Below, in pieces: positions 1 through 9,704 of a stretch of 32,000 nucleotides of DNA (positions are counted from its first letter, which is position 1; every line of letters starts with the position of its first letter). The stretch is from Ferroglobus placidus DSM 10642. GTDB lineage: Archaea; Halobacteriota; Archaeoglobi; Archaeoglobales; Archaeoglobaceae. The translations under genes and the position numbers were made by a program. The stretch lies in assembly GCF_000025505.1 (NCBI RefSeq), contig NC_013849.1, positions 1,650,001-1,682,000 of the forward strand, written 5' to 3'. Below the pieces are notes generated by a model that worked only from the letters and a program-made list of their open reading frames with translations, did not search any database and was not told the DNA's origin.

Positions 1-1774
1 TCATCAGTACGTGGTTTATATACCACTGGTGGTTGAGTTTGTCCTGCCCTTTATACAGATCTACCGTTATCCATTGTTCATGCCAAGCTACTCCGCCAGA
101 TCTGAGACCTTTATTGTTCGGTTCACCTCCAGTCGGGTCTGAATGCCACACTGGCTGATCGAAAATCCCTCTTGCCAAGTCGTTGATCAAATCGTCTCCG
201 AATAGCTTATGATATGTCATCACTCCTATAGCAAGCGTTTTCGCATACTGTCCTCTGTACTGTCCTTGATAGGTAAATCCTCCCGGCAAATGGGTGATCA
301 TTGCAGCCGGATAAGGAGCTCCAGTTATGGATTCGAAGAAGAGATTTTTCATAGCATCTCTGATAGATAGATACGGGTTGAGGTAGTCCAAATACTCTCC
401 GTTATACCCGAGCAGAGAGGACATTACAACAACAAGTATAGGGTTCTCAACAAGCATGTGGTTATTGGGGTCTGCTAAATTACCTTCTCTTGGCAAAGAT
501 TCTTTCGAGTTGTAAACGTGGTAAATGTATACTTTCCACCTAATTTCCTTTGCAATTTCAGCAAGTTTGCTTTCTATCGTGTGATACTGGGTTTTGTTCG
601 TTTTGTAGAGGTACTCTCTCAGGAAATCGAAAGCAAGTGCGTAGTACAAAGCGTTCTTTTCAGCTCTGAGGTATATGTGCTCCTTACCACCGTAAATAGT
701 CTTGTCCTCCACTTCCTTTCCAGCTGTTAAAAGAGCTTCAGCTGCTTTTTCAGCGTATTTTTCATCTCCAGTCAATAAGTAAGCAAAAGCGAGTGCCAGT
801 ATCTTTCTACCTTTGTAGGAAGCGTAGGTCAAATCGTCATCAAGGTAAGAGTTTGCTCTTCCTATGAGCAACTTCCTCCAGCTCTTGTAAGGCTCCACGT
901 CTTTGTACTTGACTATTGGAATTTCCGAAACATCGCTGAAGAGCATATACGGATAGGCTGGAACCAAAAACCTCACAGCTCTGTTGTTCTCCTCAAGTAC
1001 ATCTTCGGAAGAAACAACTCTGACCTCCACTTTAACAACTCCATCTCTGTAATCGTACACTCCGAGGGTTTTGACTACCTCCCCTCCGGAAGGGACAGAA
1101 AAGCTTTCAGTTTCACCAACCTTTTTGTCGTTTATCCACAGCTCAAGCTTTACGTTCTCAGCTTCCAAGCTTCCAACGTTTCTGACTTTAGCCGAGACGC
1201 TCACTGATGTTGGCGAGTCGTAAGGTGTTTCAGGATTGAATGTTATGAAAGAAGGCTTTATCTCAAGTTCTGGCGCATCGGTTATGGGCTGAGAAATAAA
1301 CTCCGCGTAACTTCCACTTTTTCTTTTACTGTCGACCTCTATGAATACAAGCCTTTTTTCCCTTCCAAATATCTTCTTCGCTTCAATTCCGCTGTTCGGA
1401 GGGTTTGTGTTTATCGTCCAAGGTGCAACTTTAAGTTGAGAGCCATTTTTGGTCACTGTAACGTTATCAAGCAAAATCCACCCACCACCAGCAAGGCTGA
1501 CGTATCTTATCTTCACCCTTTTTCCGTAAGCATCCCCCAAATCAACTACAACATGCATTGGGTCTATCGGTGGAGCTCTTCCTCCACTTCTTGGAAAATC
1601 CGTTGCTCTAAATGTTTTTATTAGCTGATCTTCAACATAAATTTCCAGCTTTGCGGTCGTCGGATACCAGTATCCTTTAATATCGAAAGATAATTCATAG
1701 TTCTGAGCTGTAACTGGTTGGAATAACAGTCCTATTAAGAATATTAAACCCAACAAGTATAAGTCCCATCTCAT
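1..1774 (-). CDS. Secreted/cell-surface protein, partial at window edge; signal peptide, CARDB-like beta-sandwich, then helical region resembling alpha/alpha-toroid polysaccharide-active proteins
   Basis: Minus-strand frame open from ATG at 1774 to window edge (absent from supplied ORF track because no stop in window). N-terminus reads MRWDLYLLGLIFLIGLLFQPVTAQNYELSFDIKGYW; edge part reads ..DLARGIFDQPVWHSDPTGGEPNNKGLRSGGVAWHEQWITVDLYKGQDKLNHQWYINHVLM. Confidence 0.75.
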   Translation of the reverse strand, partial: MRWDLYLLGLIFLIGLLFQPVTAQNYELSFDIKGYWYPTTAKLEIYVEDQLIKTFRATDFPRSGGRAPPIDPMHVVVDLGDAYGKRVKIRYVSLAGGGWILLDNVTVTKNGSQLKVAPWTINTNPPNSGIEAKKIFGREKRLVFIEVDSKRKSGSYAEFISQPITDAPELEIKPSFITFNPETPYDSPTSVSVSAKVRNVGSLEAENVKLELWINDKKVGETESFSVPSGGEVVKTLGVYDYRDGVVKVEVRVVSSEDVLEENNRAVRFLVPAYPYMLFSDVSEIPIVKYKDVEPYKSWRKLLIGRANSYLDDDLTYASYKGRKILALAFAYLLTGDEKYAEKAAEALLTAGKEVEDKTIYGGKEHIYLRAEKNALYYALAFDFLREYLYKTNKTQYHTIESKLAEIAKEIRWKVYIYHVYNSKESLPREGNLADPNNHMLVENPILVVVMSSLLGYNGEYLDYLNPYLSIRDAMKNLFFESITGAPYPAAMITHLPGGFTYQGQYRGQYAKTLAIGVMTYHKLFGDDLINDLARGIFDQPVWHSDPTGGEPNNKGLRSGGVAWHEQWITVDLYKGQDKLNHQWYINHVLM

Positions 1775-1845
1775 GATAATAGTTGTAATGGTGAGTAGAA
1801 AAGCTTTTCTATTACTTTTGTGAGATACAAAATTTCCGTTAAACA

Positions 1846-1856
1846 TTTATACCACT
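1846..1856 (+). promoter_or_regulatory. Possible archaeal TATA box for the 1893 gene
   Basis: AT-rich 'catttatacc' about 40 nt upstream of the ATG in a divergent intergenic region. Confidence 0.3.
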
Positions 1857-1892
1857 TACTTTATCTATTAAGGTTAACTGAGGTCAGTATGC

Positions 1893-4800
1893 ATGAAAAT
1901 CAATGATATAAAAAGATTATTAAACTTAAAAAGTTTAAATATAGACTCATTCATCGCCATTTTAGCACTCCTATTCTTCGTAGGCTTCGCAGCTCCAACG
2001 ATATTTTTCTACATACCCCACGGAACGGACTCCTACACACATCTTTTTTACACGAGAATTTTTTATGAAACTAACTCTATCGAAGAATTCTACAACAAGC
2101 TTCAGAACGATTACTTCACAAAAACAAGTTATCCTTTTGGATTCAGGCTTTTCAGCTCATTAGTTATGAAAATTTCTTCAATCGACGCTTTTTCCCTCTC
2201 AATTTTACAGCCGTTGATTCTTCTTATGCTCTCCTCCCTCCTTTACTACATATACTCGAAAGAGCTGATCCCGGAAAAAGACTCGAAGGTTCACGCTTTT
2301 TCAGTACTCTTCATGCTCAGCATGCCAGTAATAACTATTGGAATCTTGAACTTCGAAACAGATTCTTTCATGTTTCCGTTTGTGATCTTAATTTTCACGC
2401 TGCTTTTGGTAGAAAAACCAAAACAGCTGTTCATTTTGACGGTTCTTTTATGCTTAACACCGATTTTCCACGCTGGTACGTACCTATTCTTATTTTCTTT
2501 CTTCCTGGTATACATAATCGTTTATTCAGTAATCTACAACAGAATTCCGAAAGCAGTATTTTCATTTTCAGCAATGCTCCTTTCCTACGTTTCACTTGTA
2601 AACATCTTTCCTGAAATTCACCCACAGTTCGGTACCAAAGCGCTGTTTATTCTCAGAATTTCGGATAAAATTGCCGGAATAACAGGATTAAATATTTTCA
2701 GATCGATAGGTGATTCAATTTACGGGGGTTTGTTCAGCGAACCTTCACTTATTAACGTATTCTATGCGGTAATCGCTCTTTACTTCCTTTCAATCCTCGC
2801 AACGAAGGTTTCGACTTTCGTTAAAAACAAAGGAACGTTTTCTTTTGCAATAGCATTTGCAACGGTACCAAAAAGTCCAATATTTTTACCCTTCTGGATT
2901 GGACCGCTCCAAACACTCCTATCCCTTCTGAGTTTAAAGAGAGTTGATAAAAAAATAACAAGCATACTGATACCGCTGTTAATAATCGTTCTTCCTTCAG
3001 CAATGATAACCGGGGAGAGGGGGTTAAGAGAAATTCAGTATCTCTTCCTCATTATCCCTATCCTCTCGACGCTCGGTTTCTTACAAGTCGTAAGAACGAT
3101 TAAAGAAAAAATTTCAAGTGAGAGGATTAGAGGTGCCGCTTTATTCTTTGCATTTTTTTCAATTTTTCTAAGCTTCGGCATAATTTCCGTTTTTGGAAAC
3201 GCATACTACCATCCAAAGATAAGCATACCTCAGGAAGACAAGTTCGGACTTGAATGGTTGAGAAATGTTGGTTCAGAAAAAGAAGGTGTAGGAGAAATCG
3301 GCTACGGACATAGAGTAAGCGTTTACGCCAGTAAAATTCCCCCTTCAGCTGTGTGGATTCCAGCTGGAAAGGAGATGAGAAGGTATCTAATAGATTATTC
3401 AAAAGCAGTTGTTGAAGGAGATATTGATGCTGCCAAAGACCTATCAAGCTCTTTCGGTGCGAAATATCTGATAGTCTCCAGCAAAACTCTAAAAGGATTA
3501 AAAACGAGCTGGAAGGAGATAAATCTGTTCGATAGCGTGAGTTACGACAAGATTCTCTCAAGCAAGGAGTTTGCAATAGCTCGGTTTATAGAAGAAAAAC
3601 TCGTTCTTTCCGATATTCATCCAGAAGTCCAACTCGAAGAACATCCGACGGTAAAAGATGCAGGAAACTTCTTGCTCGTGGAAACCAAGTCTTACAAAAT
3701 CAGGGTAGGAAAAACATCTCCAAAAATAGATTACCTCGGAACTAAAACTGAGAACTATCTTGAAGAAGGGAGCGCACTTGACTACGTTATTTTCGGGAAG
3801 ATTAAAGGGGAGATAATTCAAGGAGTTGAGTTTTCGAAAGTGCTTCTTGGAGAGAACATCGTCGAATACAGAGGAGAGATTACAAAAGATTACATTCCAG
3901 TGGCAACCCTAATTGTAAGATACACTTTCTATCCCGAAGCAGTAAAGAAGGAAGTGACGGTGTTTAACGATTACAACAACATAAGGGTGCCGGTCAAAAT
4001 TACAACGAGATTTTACGCACCCTACACTCACTTTACTACGTTAAGCGAAAGTGGAGAAAAGTTTAACAGAACAATCTACCCTAACGAGGATTACGTTTTG
4101 CTGAGAGACCTTGAGTTTAGAGAAATTTTCGTTTACAACGAGCAGAGGAAAGGAATTTACCTGTCTTTCGAGAAAACATCTCCGCTACCAGATAGAATTT
4201 CCTACTCCGGTTCCACAAAGCATAAGGGGTACAGCAGAATAGACTTCTCAGTTAAAAAGGATTTGACAAGGGTTTATCCGGGAGAGAGGGTTACTGTAAC
4301 ACAGTGGATATCAGTAGGGGAAGAAAATAAGGCAAAAATGCGAATAGAGAATTCGAGTTTCGTAAATTTACACCCTTACGTGAAAAAACCAGCGATCTTA
4401 ATCGTAAAATTTAAAGAAGACGTAAACGACAGCATTCTGCAAAGGATAGAAAGTCTAAACTTCCCGGTCGTTCTCTCAATTCCCCTCCACAAGCAGATAA
4501 ACATTCAAAAGCTGAAAAACTACTCTTCGGATAACTTTCAGCTGGCTGCGTATTTGAAAATCAGAAACGACACAATCAGGGAAGAGTACTATAAAAACAT
4601 ACCAAATATATCTAAATTTTATCCAGTAAAAGCTATCGTCGACCCTTACGCTAATTTAAGATCTATAATGTTGTTTGAAGAGTACGGAATAAGGTACGTT
4701 TTCAACAGATACGTGTCTCCGCCGTATCTAACGCTATTCGACGAGGGAGAGAGGTTTCCGACGATTGCGGTGGTGAGAGGAAAAGAGACGAATGTTACGC

Positions 4801-5261
4801 TCTTACCCATCTCTTCCCCAACTCTTTCAGCAGAGAGCTCAGAGAGGGGATGGAGAGAAGTAGAAAACATCGTTCGTGCAATAGCAGACAGCAATGAAAT
4901 AATCATCTTGGAAGTTGAAGACTCAGTTTTTTACGACAATAGCAGTTTCAAAAGGTTGCAGAGGACAATAGATTTCTTAACTAAAAACGAATTTGAAATT
5001 GTTAAACTCGAAGAAGTCAGAGAAGAGTTGGTAGCAATAGAGAAAATGAGCGTTAATATCTCCGGAAAATATCCAGAGAACTTCACAGTTAACATCTATT
5101 CCAAAGAAAATTTACCAGAAGCTGAGATTTTAATAAAGCTATCAATAGGAGATTTCAAAATCTCAGCAGAAAATGCCAAAATTGAAAAGCGGGGGAGTGT
5201 AATAAAAGCGTATTTAAACATTAGCAGCAAAACAGCAAGAATTCAAGTCAAATTTTCTTAA
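1893..5261 (+). CDS. Large multi-TM membrane protein (GT-C/STT3-like N-terminal region) with long extracytoplasmic C-terminal domains
   Basis: 1122-aa ORF; ~12 hydrophobic segments, early acidic motif HGTDSYTHL, then non-membrane beta-rich region and a domain (PAILIVKFKEDVND...FPVVLSIPLHKQ...) that may be a degenerate deacetylase-like fold. Confidence 0.7.
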   Translation: MKINDIKRLLNLKSLNIDSFIAILALLFFVGFAAPTIFFYIPHGTDSYTHLFYTRIFYETNSIEEFYNKLQNDYFTKTSYPFGFRLFSSLVMKISSIDAFSLSILQPLILLMLSSLLYYIYSKELIPEKDSKVHAFSVLFMLSMPVITIGILNFETDSFMFPFVILIFTLLLVEKPKQLFILTVLLCLTPIFHAGTYLFLFSFFLVYIIVYSVIYNRIPKAVFSFSAMLLSYVSLVNIFPEIHPQFGTKALFILRISDKIAGITGLNIFRSIGDSIYGGLFSEPSLINVFYAVIALYFLSILATKVSTFVKNKGTFSFAIAFATVPKSPIFLPFWIGPLQTLLSLLSLKRVDKKITSILIPLLIIVLPSAMITGERGLREIQYLFLIIPILSTLGFLQVVRTIKEKISSERIRGAALFFAFFSIFLSFGIISVFGNAYYHPKISIPQEDKFGLEWLRNVGSEKEGVGEIGYGHRVSVYASKIPPSAVWIPAGKEMRRYLIDYSKAVVEGDIDAAKDLSSSFGAKYLIVSSKTLKGLKTSWKEINLFDSVSYDKILSSKEFAIARFIEEKLVLSDIHPEVQLEEHPTVKDAGNFLLVETKSYKIRVGKTSPKIDYLGTKTENYLEEGSALDYVIFGKIKGEIIQGVEFSKVLLGENIVEYRGEITKDYIPVATLIVRYTFYPEAVKKEVTVFNDYNNIRVPVKITTRFYAPYTHFTTLSESGEKFNRTIYPNEDYVLLRDLEFREIFVYNEQRKGIYLSFEKTSPLPDRISYSGSTKHKGYSRIDFSVKKDLTRVYPGERVTVTQWISVGEENKAKMRIENSSFVNLHPYVKKPAILIVKFKEDVNDSILQRIESLNFPVVLSIPLHKQINIQKLKNYSSDNFQLAAYLKIRNDTIREEYYKNIPNISKFYPVKAIVDPYANLRSIMLFEEYGIRYVFNRYVSPPYLTLFDEGERFPTIAVVRGKETNVTLLPISSPTLSAESSERGWREVENIVRAIADSNEIIILEVEDSVFYDNSSFKRLQRTIDFLTKNEFEIVKLEEVREELVAIEKMSVNISGKYPENFTVNIYSKENLPEAEILIKLSIGDFKISAENAKIEKRGSVIKAYLNISSKTARIQVKFS

Positions 5262-6750
5262 GCTTGGATATCGCTTTTCTTATTTTTTCACTTTCTTTAT
5301 TTGAAGTGTGCTTGACATCTTTTTTCTCATCAAATATTTCCACCAGCACACGCCCATCAACATCTTCGGGAATCGGTAAATCGAGAGCGTAAAGAATCGT
5401 CGGAAATAAATCGTAAATTTTTGCATTAACTTCACCTCTCTTTATATTTTTCCCGTAAGCAGCGAAAATACCTTGAAGAGAGTGATAGCCTCCCTGTGAA
5501 AAGCGTTCAAAAGTTTCACCCACAATGCCGGAATCGAGGATAAAGCCGTTCGTTACAACTATGAAATCGGGAGCGTCATTCAAACAAGCTCCACTGTAAA
5601 CGTCATTTTTTGTAAAAACTTTTTTAACGACCTTTTTCCCTTGGTATTCGAGAATGCTCAAGAGCCTTAAGACCTCATGGAACGTCCTATCGTAATCTCC
5701 ACTGTCTTTTAGGTAAATAGTTGAGGAAAGTGGTGTAAGAACATAAGCTTTGGATTTCTCATAATCGACCCTTACCAAATAGCTAACTTCCCTTCCCTTA
5801 AACACAAGCCTGTAGATCTTTTTAGCAATCGTAGACGTCTTCGAATATAGAAGTATCTTGTAAAATATTTTTGGAATTCTTAACCTTCTTTTTTCCGTAC
5901 CAAACGCAGATTTAACATGAGTTTCAAGAATGGAAGTTTCTTCTTTCTTTACAATTTTAGGCTCCAGAAGGTTTTTATCGTGGAAAATTTTGTTAATTCT
6001 CACAAGGTAGTCGTAATCTGAAAAACCGTGATCTGAAACGACAAAAACAGTCGTATCGTCTTCGATTCTTTCAATTACCCATGCTAAAAATTCATCAACG
6101 AGCTTGAACACCTCCAAAAGTCTGCTGTTACCATTCTTAATTTCCCCCCAAAAGTTGTGAAGGATCGTGTCCGTTTCCCTAAAAAGGATGAAGAAGAATT
6201 GCCAATCTTCCTCAGAGAATACTTTTTTCCCAAGTTCCACTTGGCTTCTGGTTGTTTCAATTACGTCCTTTATTAGCTCCTCGCCACTCTTGTTGGGGTC
6301 TGAATAAACTGAGTAGTTGGATAGATCAATGCTTCCTTTCGGATAAACTTCTTTTTGAGGGTAAAGAAAATCTGAAATCATTATTCCGTTAAAATCAATT
6401 TTTGGTGGAAAAGACAAAGGTAATGCAATTATCACACTTCTAATTCCGTAATTCGACAGAACTTCGTAGATTGCTTTACCTTTAACATCTTTCGATCGAT
6501 TTAGCTTCATTTTTCCATTTTCCAGCTTAACGAAATCGAAAATACCATGCTTCCCGGGATTCTTACCTGTGTAAAAGGATACCCAAGCAGGAGCTGTTAA
6601 GGGGGGAAGAGTTGACTCCAAAAATCCCCAAGAACCGTTTTCTATAATCTTCTTTAATCCCTTCAGTTCGTTTCGATCGCACATCGGCTTTAAGATATTC
6701 CAGCTACCTCCATCAATTCCCACAACCACAATCCTCTTCATTTGGGTCAC
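5248..6750 (-). CDS. Alkaline-phosphatase-superfamily phosphodiesterase/nucleotide pyrophosphatase-like protein
   Basis: 500-aa ORF; VVVGIDGGSWNILKPM...LPPLTAPAWVSFYTGKNPGKHGIFDF, VVSDHGFSD motifs. Confidence 0.85.
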   Translation of the reverse strand: MTQMKRIVVVGIDGGSWNILKPMCDRNELKGLKKIIENGSWGFLESTLPPLTAPAWVSFYTGKNPGKHGIFDFVKLENGKMKLNRSKDVKGKAIYEVLSNYGIRSVIIALPLSFPPKIDFNGIMISDFLYPQKEVYPKGSIDLSNYSVYSDPNKSGEELIKDVIETTRSQVELGKKVFSEEDWQFFFILFRETDTILHNFWGEIKNGNSRLLEVFKLVDEFLAWVIERIEDDTTVFVVSDHGFSDYDYLVRINKIFHDKNLLEPKIVKKEETSILETHVKSAFGTEKRRLRIPKIFYKILLYSKTSTIAKKIYRLVFKGREVSYLVRVDYEKSKAYVLTPLSSTIYLKDSGDYDRTFHEVLRLLSILEYQGKKVVKKVFTKNDVYSGACLNDAPDFIVVTNGFILDSGIVGETFERFSQGGYHSLQGIFAAYGKNIKRGEVNAKIYDLFPTILYALDLPIPEDVDGRVLVEIFDEKKDVKHTSNKESEKIRKAISKLKKI

Positions 6751-8171
6751 TCCATTTTAATCAGCTTTATCAGAATTCTCCTGTCACTTTCATCGAAAAT
6801 CTTGGCGTAGAGAAAAGCTAAAATCGCTATTAAACCTACGACAAGAATTAACGAGTTTTTACTCAAGATAGAAGCGTAAACGAAGGATGCCGAGAGTAAA
6901 ACAACTATCGTCGATTGGATAAAAAGGGGTTTGGAAAAGTCGAAGTGTCTTATGGCTACAAAACCTAAGAAAGCAAATGAAAAAGATCTCGCTATAAGTG
7001 TTGCAAAGCTCGCTCCAACAAAACTCCAGATCGGAATTAAAAGGAAATTGAGAAAAACGTTCAAAATCGCCGCAGCTGCCACCTGGTATGTTTTAATTAT
7101 CTGCATGTCTGCAGATCTAAAAAGGTTTCCCAACACAACATTGAAATACAAAAAAAGCTGGGACCAAGCTAAAATTTTTAAAGGCTCAGCAGAGCTGGAA
7201 AATTCTTCCCCAAAAATCGTAAGAATAAGAGTTTCGGAAAAACCACTCAAAGTCACTACAATAAACAATCCAACAACCAAAACGAACTTGAAAGAAATTT
7301 CACTCGTTTTAACAAGAGATGCTGTGGATTTTGTAAAAAGTCTCGATGTAACCGGGTAGAGGGCTGCTATAAACATTAGAGGAAGAAAGTTTAACGCAAA
7401 AACCATTCGGTAGGCTGCGCTGTAAAACCCTACTGCCCTTTCTCCAACCATAGCATACAGCATAATTTTGTCGGTATCGTTTAGAATTACAACAAAAGCC
7501 GTCGCAGCCCAGAAAGGGATACCTTCTCTGAAAACCATTTTCCAGAAACTTTTATCGAATTCGAAGGAAATTCTTTCGAGCATGATCTTTTTTACGAGTG
7601 CTGATATGAGAAACGTGAAGGAGATTGCGTTTGCGATTAGATACAACACTCCAAATTCCACCAAGCCAAAATTAAAAAGAACTAAAACGACAGTTCCGCT
7701 AAGTAAGGTGGCGCTTCTCAAAATTTTACCTAAAGAGATGTAGATCATTTCTTCAAGTCCTTGAAAGATCGATCGGAATATCGAAGCTAATGAGTCTATA
7801 GCGACTGCTAAACCAAGCAGATATGCTAAAAGCTTAGCTTCTTGCGGGTAATTTGCAAAAAATAGATAGAGGAAAAATGCCCCAAAAACTACAACCACTA
7901 TTATCGATTTTAACAGGAGCAGATTTGAAAAGAACTTTTTCGCAACTGCTTTATTTCTCGCAACCTCTCTTATCGTCAATTCAAAAAAGCCAACGTCCGT
8001 GAACAATCTGAGCACTCCTGTTAAAGCAAGGAAAAAAGAAAGAACTCCGAAACCTTCAACTAATAAATGTCTCGCGAGGAGTATGGTATAACTGACCGTG
8101 AAAACTTTCGCACCAATTTCCCCAAAAACCATAACAAGGGTGTTTTTAGCAACTCTTCTGGCGGTACTCAT
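6747..8171 (-). CDS. Oligosaccharide flippase (Wzx / polysaccharide biosynthesis protein family)
   Basis: 474-aa multi-TM ORF; NTLVMVFGEIGAKVFTVSYTILLARHLLVEGFGVLSFFLALTG typical N-terminus; 4-bp overlap with next gene. Confidence 0.85.
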   Translation of the reverse strand: MSTARRVAKNTLVMVFGEIGAKVFTVSYTILLARHLLVEGFGVLSFFLALTGVLRLFTDVGFFELTIREVARNKAVAKKFFSNLLLLKSIIVVVVFGAFFLYLFFANYPQEAKLLAYLLGLAVAIDSLASIFRSIFQGLEEMIYISLGKILRSATLLSGTVVLVLFNFGLVEFGVLYLIANAISFTFLISALVKKIMLERISFEFDKSFWKMVFREGIPFWAATAFVVILNDTDKIMLYAMVGERAVGFYSAAYRMVFALNFLPLMFIAALYPVTSRLFTKSTASLVKTSEISFKFVLVVGLFIVVTLSGFSETLILTIFGEEFSSSAEPLKILAWSQLFLYFNVVLGNLFRSADMQIIKTYQVAAAAILNVFLNFLLIPIWSFVGASFATLIARSFSFAFLGFVAIRHFDFSKPLFIQSTIVVLLSASFVYASILSKNSLILVVGLIAILAFLYAKIFDESDRRILIKLIKME

Positions 8172-8665
8172 TTATTCCCTCCAAAAATTCGTAAACGGTA
8201 TTTAACGAAAAAACTGAATCTGCAAATAAGCCTAAACAAAAGAACGACGATTGGCTGGAAAAATTTGTATCTCGTCATTCTGATCATGTAGTAAAATTCA
8301 TCGTCTTCTTTAACGATTCTGTAATCTACATCTCCGTATAGTGACAAAGCTCTTTTATTGTTCTTCCGAACTATAACCTTCACAATGAAATAATTTTCTT
8401 CGACGCATTCTTTCAGTCTTAAGTGCAGTTTTTTCCCTACCCCTTTGCCTTGGTGTTCTCCCCTAACAACCAAGTACAAACGGGGAAAAACTCTGCCTTT
8501 AATGGTGCCGCAAATCCCCGCTATTTCACCATTCACTCTTTCAGCAAGAATAACGTCCGACTTCATTAAATCTTCTAAGGGAGTTCTAAACGCCTCTTTT
8601 TCCTCCTTCAAAGAAGAAACGAAATCTGCAAGCTCCTCTCGTGTCAGTTCCCATTTTTCAGACAT
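8168..8665 (-). CDS. GNAT family N-acetyltransferase
   Basis: RGEHQGKGVGKKLHLRLKECVEENYFIVKVIVRKNNKRALSLYGDVDYRIV: acetyl-CoA-binding motif. Confidence 0.85.
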   Translation of the reverse strand: MSEKWELTREELADFVSSLKEEKEAFRTPLEDLMKSDVILAERVNGEIAGICGTIKGRVFPRLYLVVRGEHQGKGVGKKLHLRLKECVEENYFIVKVIVRKNNKRALSLYGDVDYRIVKEDDEFYYMIRMTRYKFFQPIVVLLFRLICRFSFFVKYRLRIFGGNK

Positions 8666-8666
8666 C

Positions 8667-9695
8667 TCACAATCCGCCTCTTAACTTTTTAAGAGAGGAG
8701 TAGACAGTATTTCCAACCTTTCCTAATATAGATAGGTTTTTTGAAGTAGAATACCAAGGAACGAGCTCTGGATTAAACTTTGCCTTGTAATGTCTCAGTC
8801 TTTGATCATCTCCAGCGTCAATCTCTTCGTAAAACTTAAATCCGCTTTTCCAGCTCCACTTAATAGCTTCCCATTGAAGAACGTCGTTCGGATAGACTCC
8901 TTTTATTGACGTTTTACTCATCCCAAACCAATAGGAAACTCTGTCCTTGTGACAGAGTAAAACGATCCCGCCAACAACATCTCCTGAATATTCAGCGACG
9001 AATATCCTCAGCTTCTCGGGATAGTACTTTTCGAAAATTTCTTTGAAATAGCTTTCGTAGTAGTCTTCTGGGAGTTTAACTCCCATTTCCTCAAATCTCC
9101 TTTTCATATTCAATCTCACAAACTCCAGATCCTCGAAATCTCCGTCTCTAATACTTACTCCCCTCTGCTTTGACTTTTCTACGCTTCTCCTTAGAGATCT
9201 GTCCAAATCATCCCAAATTTTTGTAAGGTCTCTTTTCAAACTCAAAACGTAGGTGTACTGAGGAGTAACGGAGTATCCACACCAGTTAAAGGGGCGTGAA
9301 TCCAGTAAAAATGGTGGAGTTCTTATTCTCACATAGTCAGCTCCAAGCCCTTTGAGAAAAGTATCTACTGCTTTAACAGATTCGATGAGAATCGTTTCCT
9401 TTTTGCTTTGCTTCAACTTTTCATAAGAGATCAAAGCCGGTCCGAGGTAAACCATGATGACTTTGGGCGGAGGTGAGAAAGCGAGTGTTAATCCAAACCT
9501 TCTTGTTAAGAAGATCGGGAAAATTGCTACCGGAGTTGAGTTCTTTTTTACGACTAACGGATAGAGCTTCGCTTTGGAGTAATTCTCCGCTGCTTTCAAC
9601 CACCCCCATTCGTGAAATATCGTCGTATAATCGGCTTTATTTACCAACTCATCCCATTCCTCTTCGTTTACAATTTCAGCTAAGTACTCCGACAT
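8667..9695 (-). CDS. FemAB-like / peptidoglycan-bridge-type aminoacyltransferase (GNAT fold), copy 1
   Basis: TTIFHEWGWLKAAENYS...FSPPPKVIMVYLGPALI...VSYWFGMSK...YPNDVLQWEAIKWSWKSGFKFYEEIDAGDD; FemAB family features. Confidence 0.75.
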   Translation of the reverse strand: MSEYLAEIVNEEEWDELVNKADYTTIFHEWGWLKAAENYSKAKLYPLVVKKNSTPVAIFPIFLTRRFGLTLAFSPPPKVIMVYLGPALISYEKLKQSKKETILIESVKAVDTFLKGLGADYVRIRTPPFLLDSRPFNWCGYSVTPQYTYVLSLKRDLTKIWDDLDRSLRRSVEKSKQRGVSIRDGDFEDLEFVRLNMKRRFEEMGVKLPEDYYESYFKEIFEKYYPEKLRIFVAEYSGDVVGGIVLLCHKDRVSYWFGMSKTSIKGVYPNDVLQWEAIKWSWKSGFKFYEEIDAGDDQRLRHYKAKFNPELVPWYSTSKNLSILGKVGNTVYSSLKKLRGGL

Positions 9696-9704
9696 ACGTC
9701 TCCC

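Noticed and set aside
518-730. 70-aa plus-strand ORF
   Set aside because: Lies fully antisense to the well-supported secreted-protein frame 1..1774(-); no recognisable features.
1436-1624. 62-aa plus-strand ORF
   Set aside because: Antisense to the signal-peptide protein gene; low-complexity translation.
3127-3576. 149-aa minus-strand ORF
   Set aside because: Antisense to the 1122-aa membrane protein; composition typical of shadow ORF.
5248-5261. 14-bp convergent gene overlap (and a similar 14-bp one at 21382..21395)
   Set aside because: Tail-to-tail overlaps are common in compact archaeal genomes; matching length taken as coincidence.
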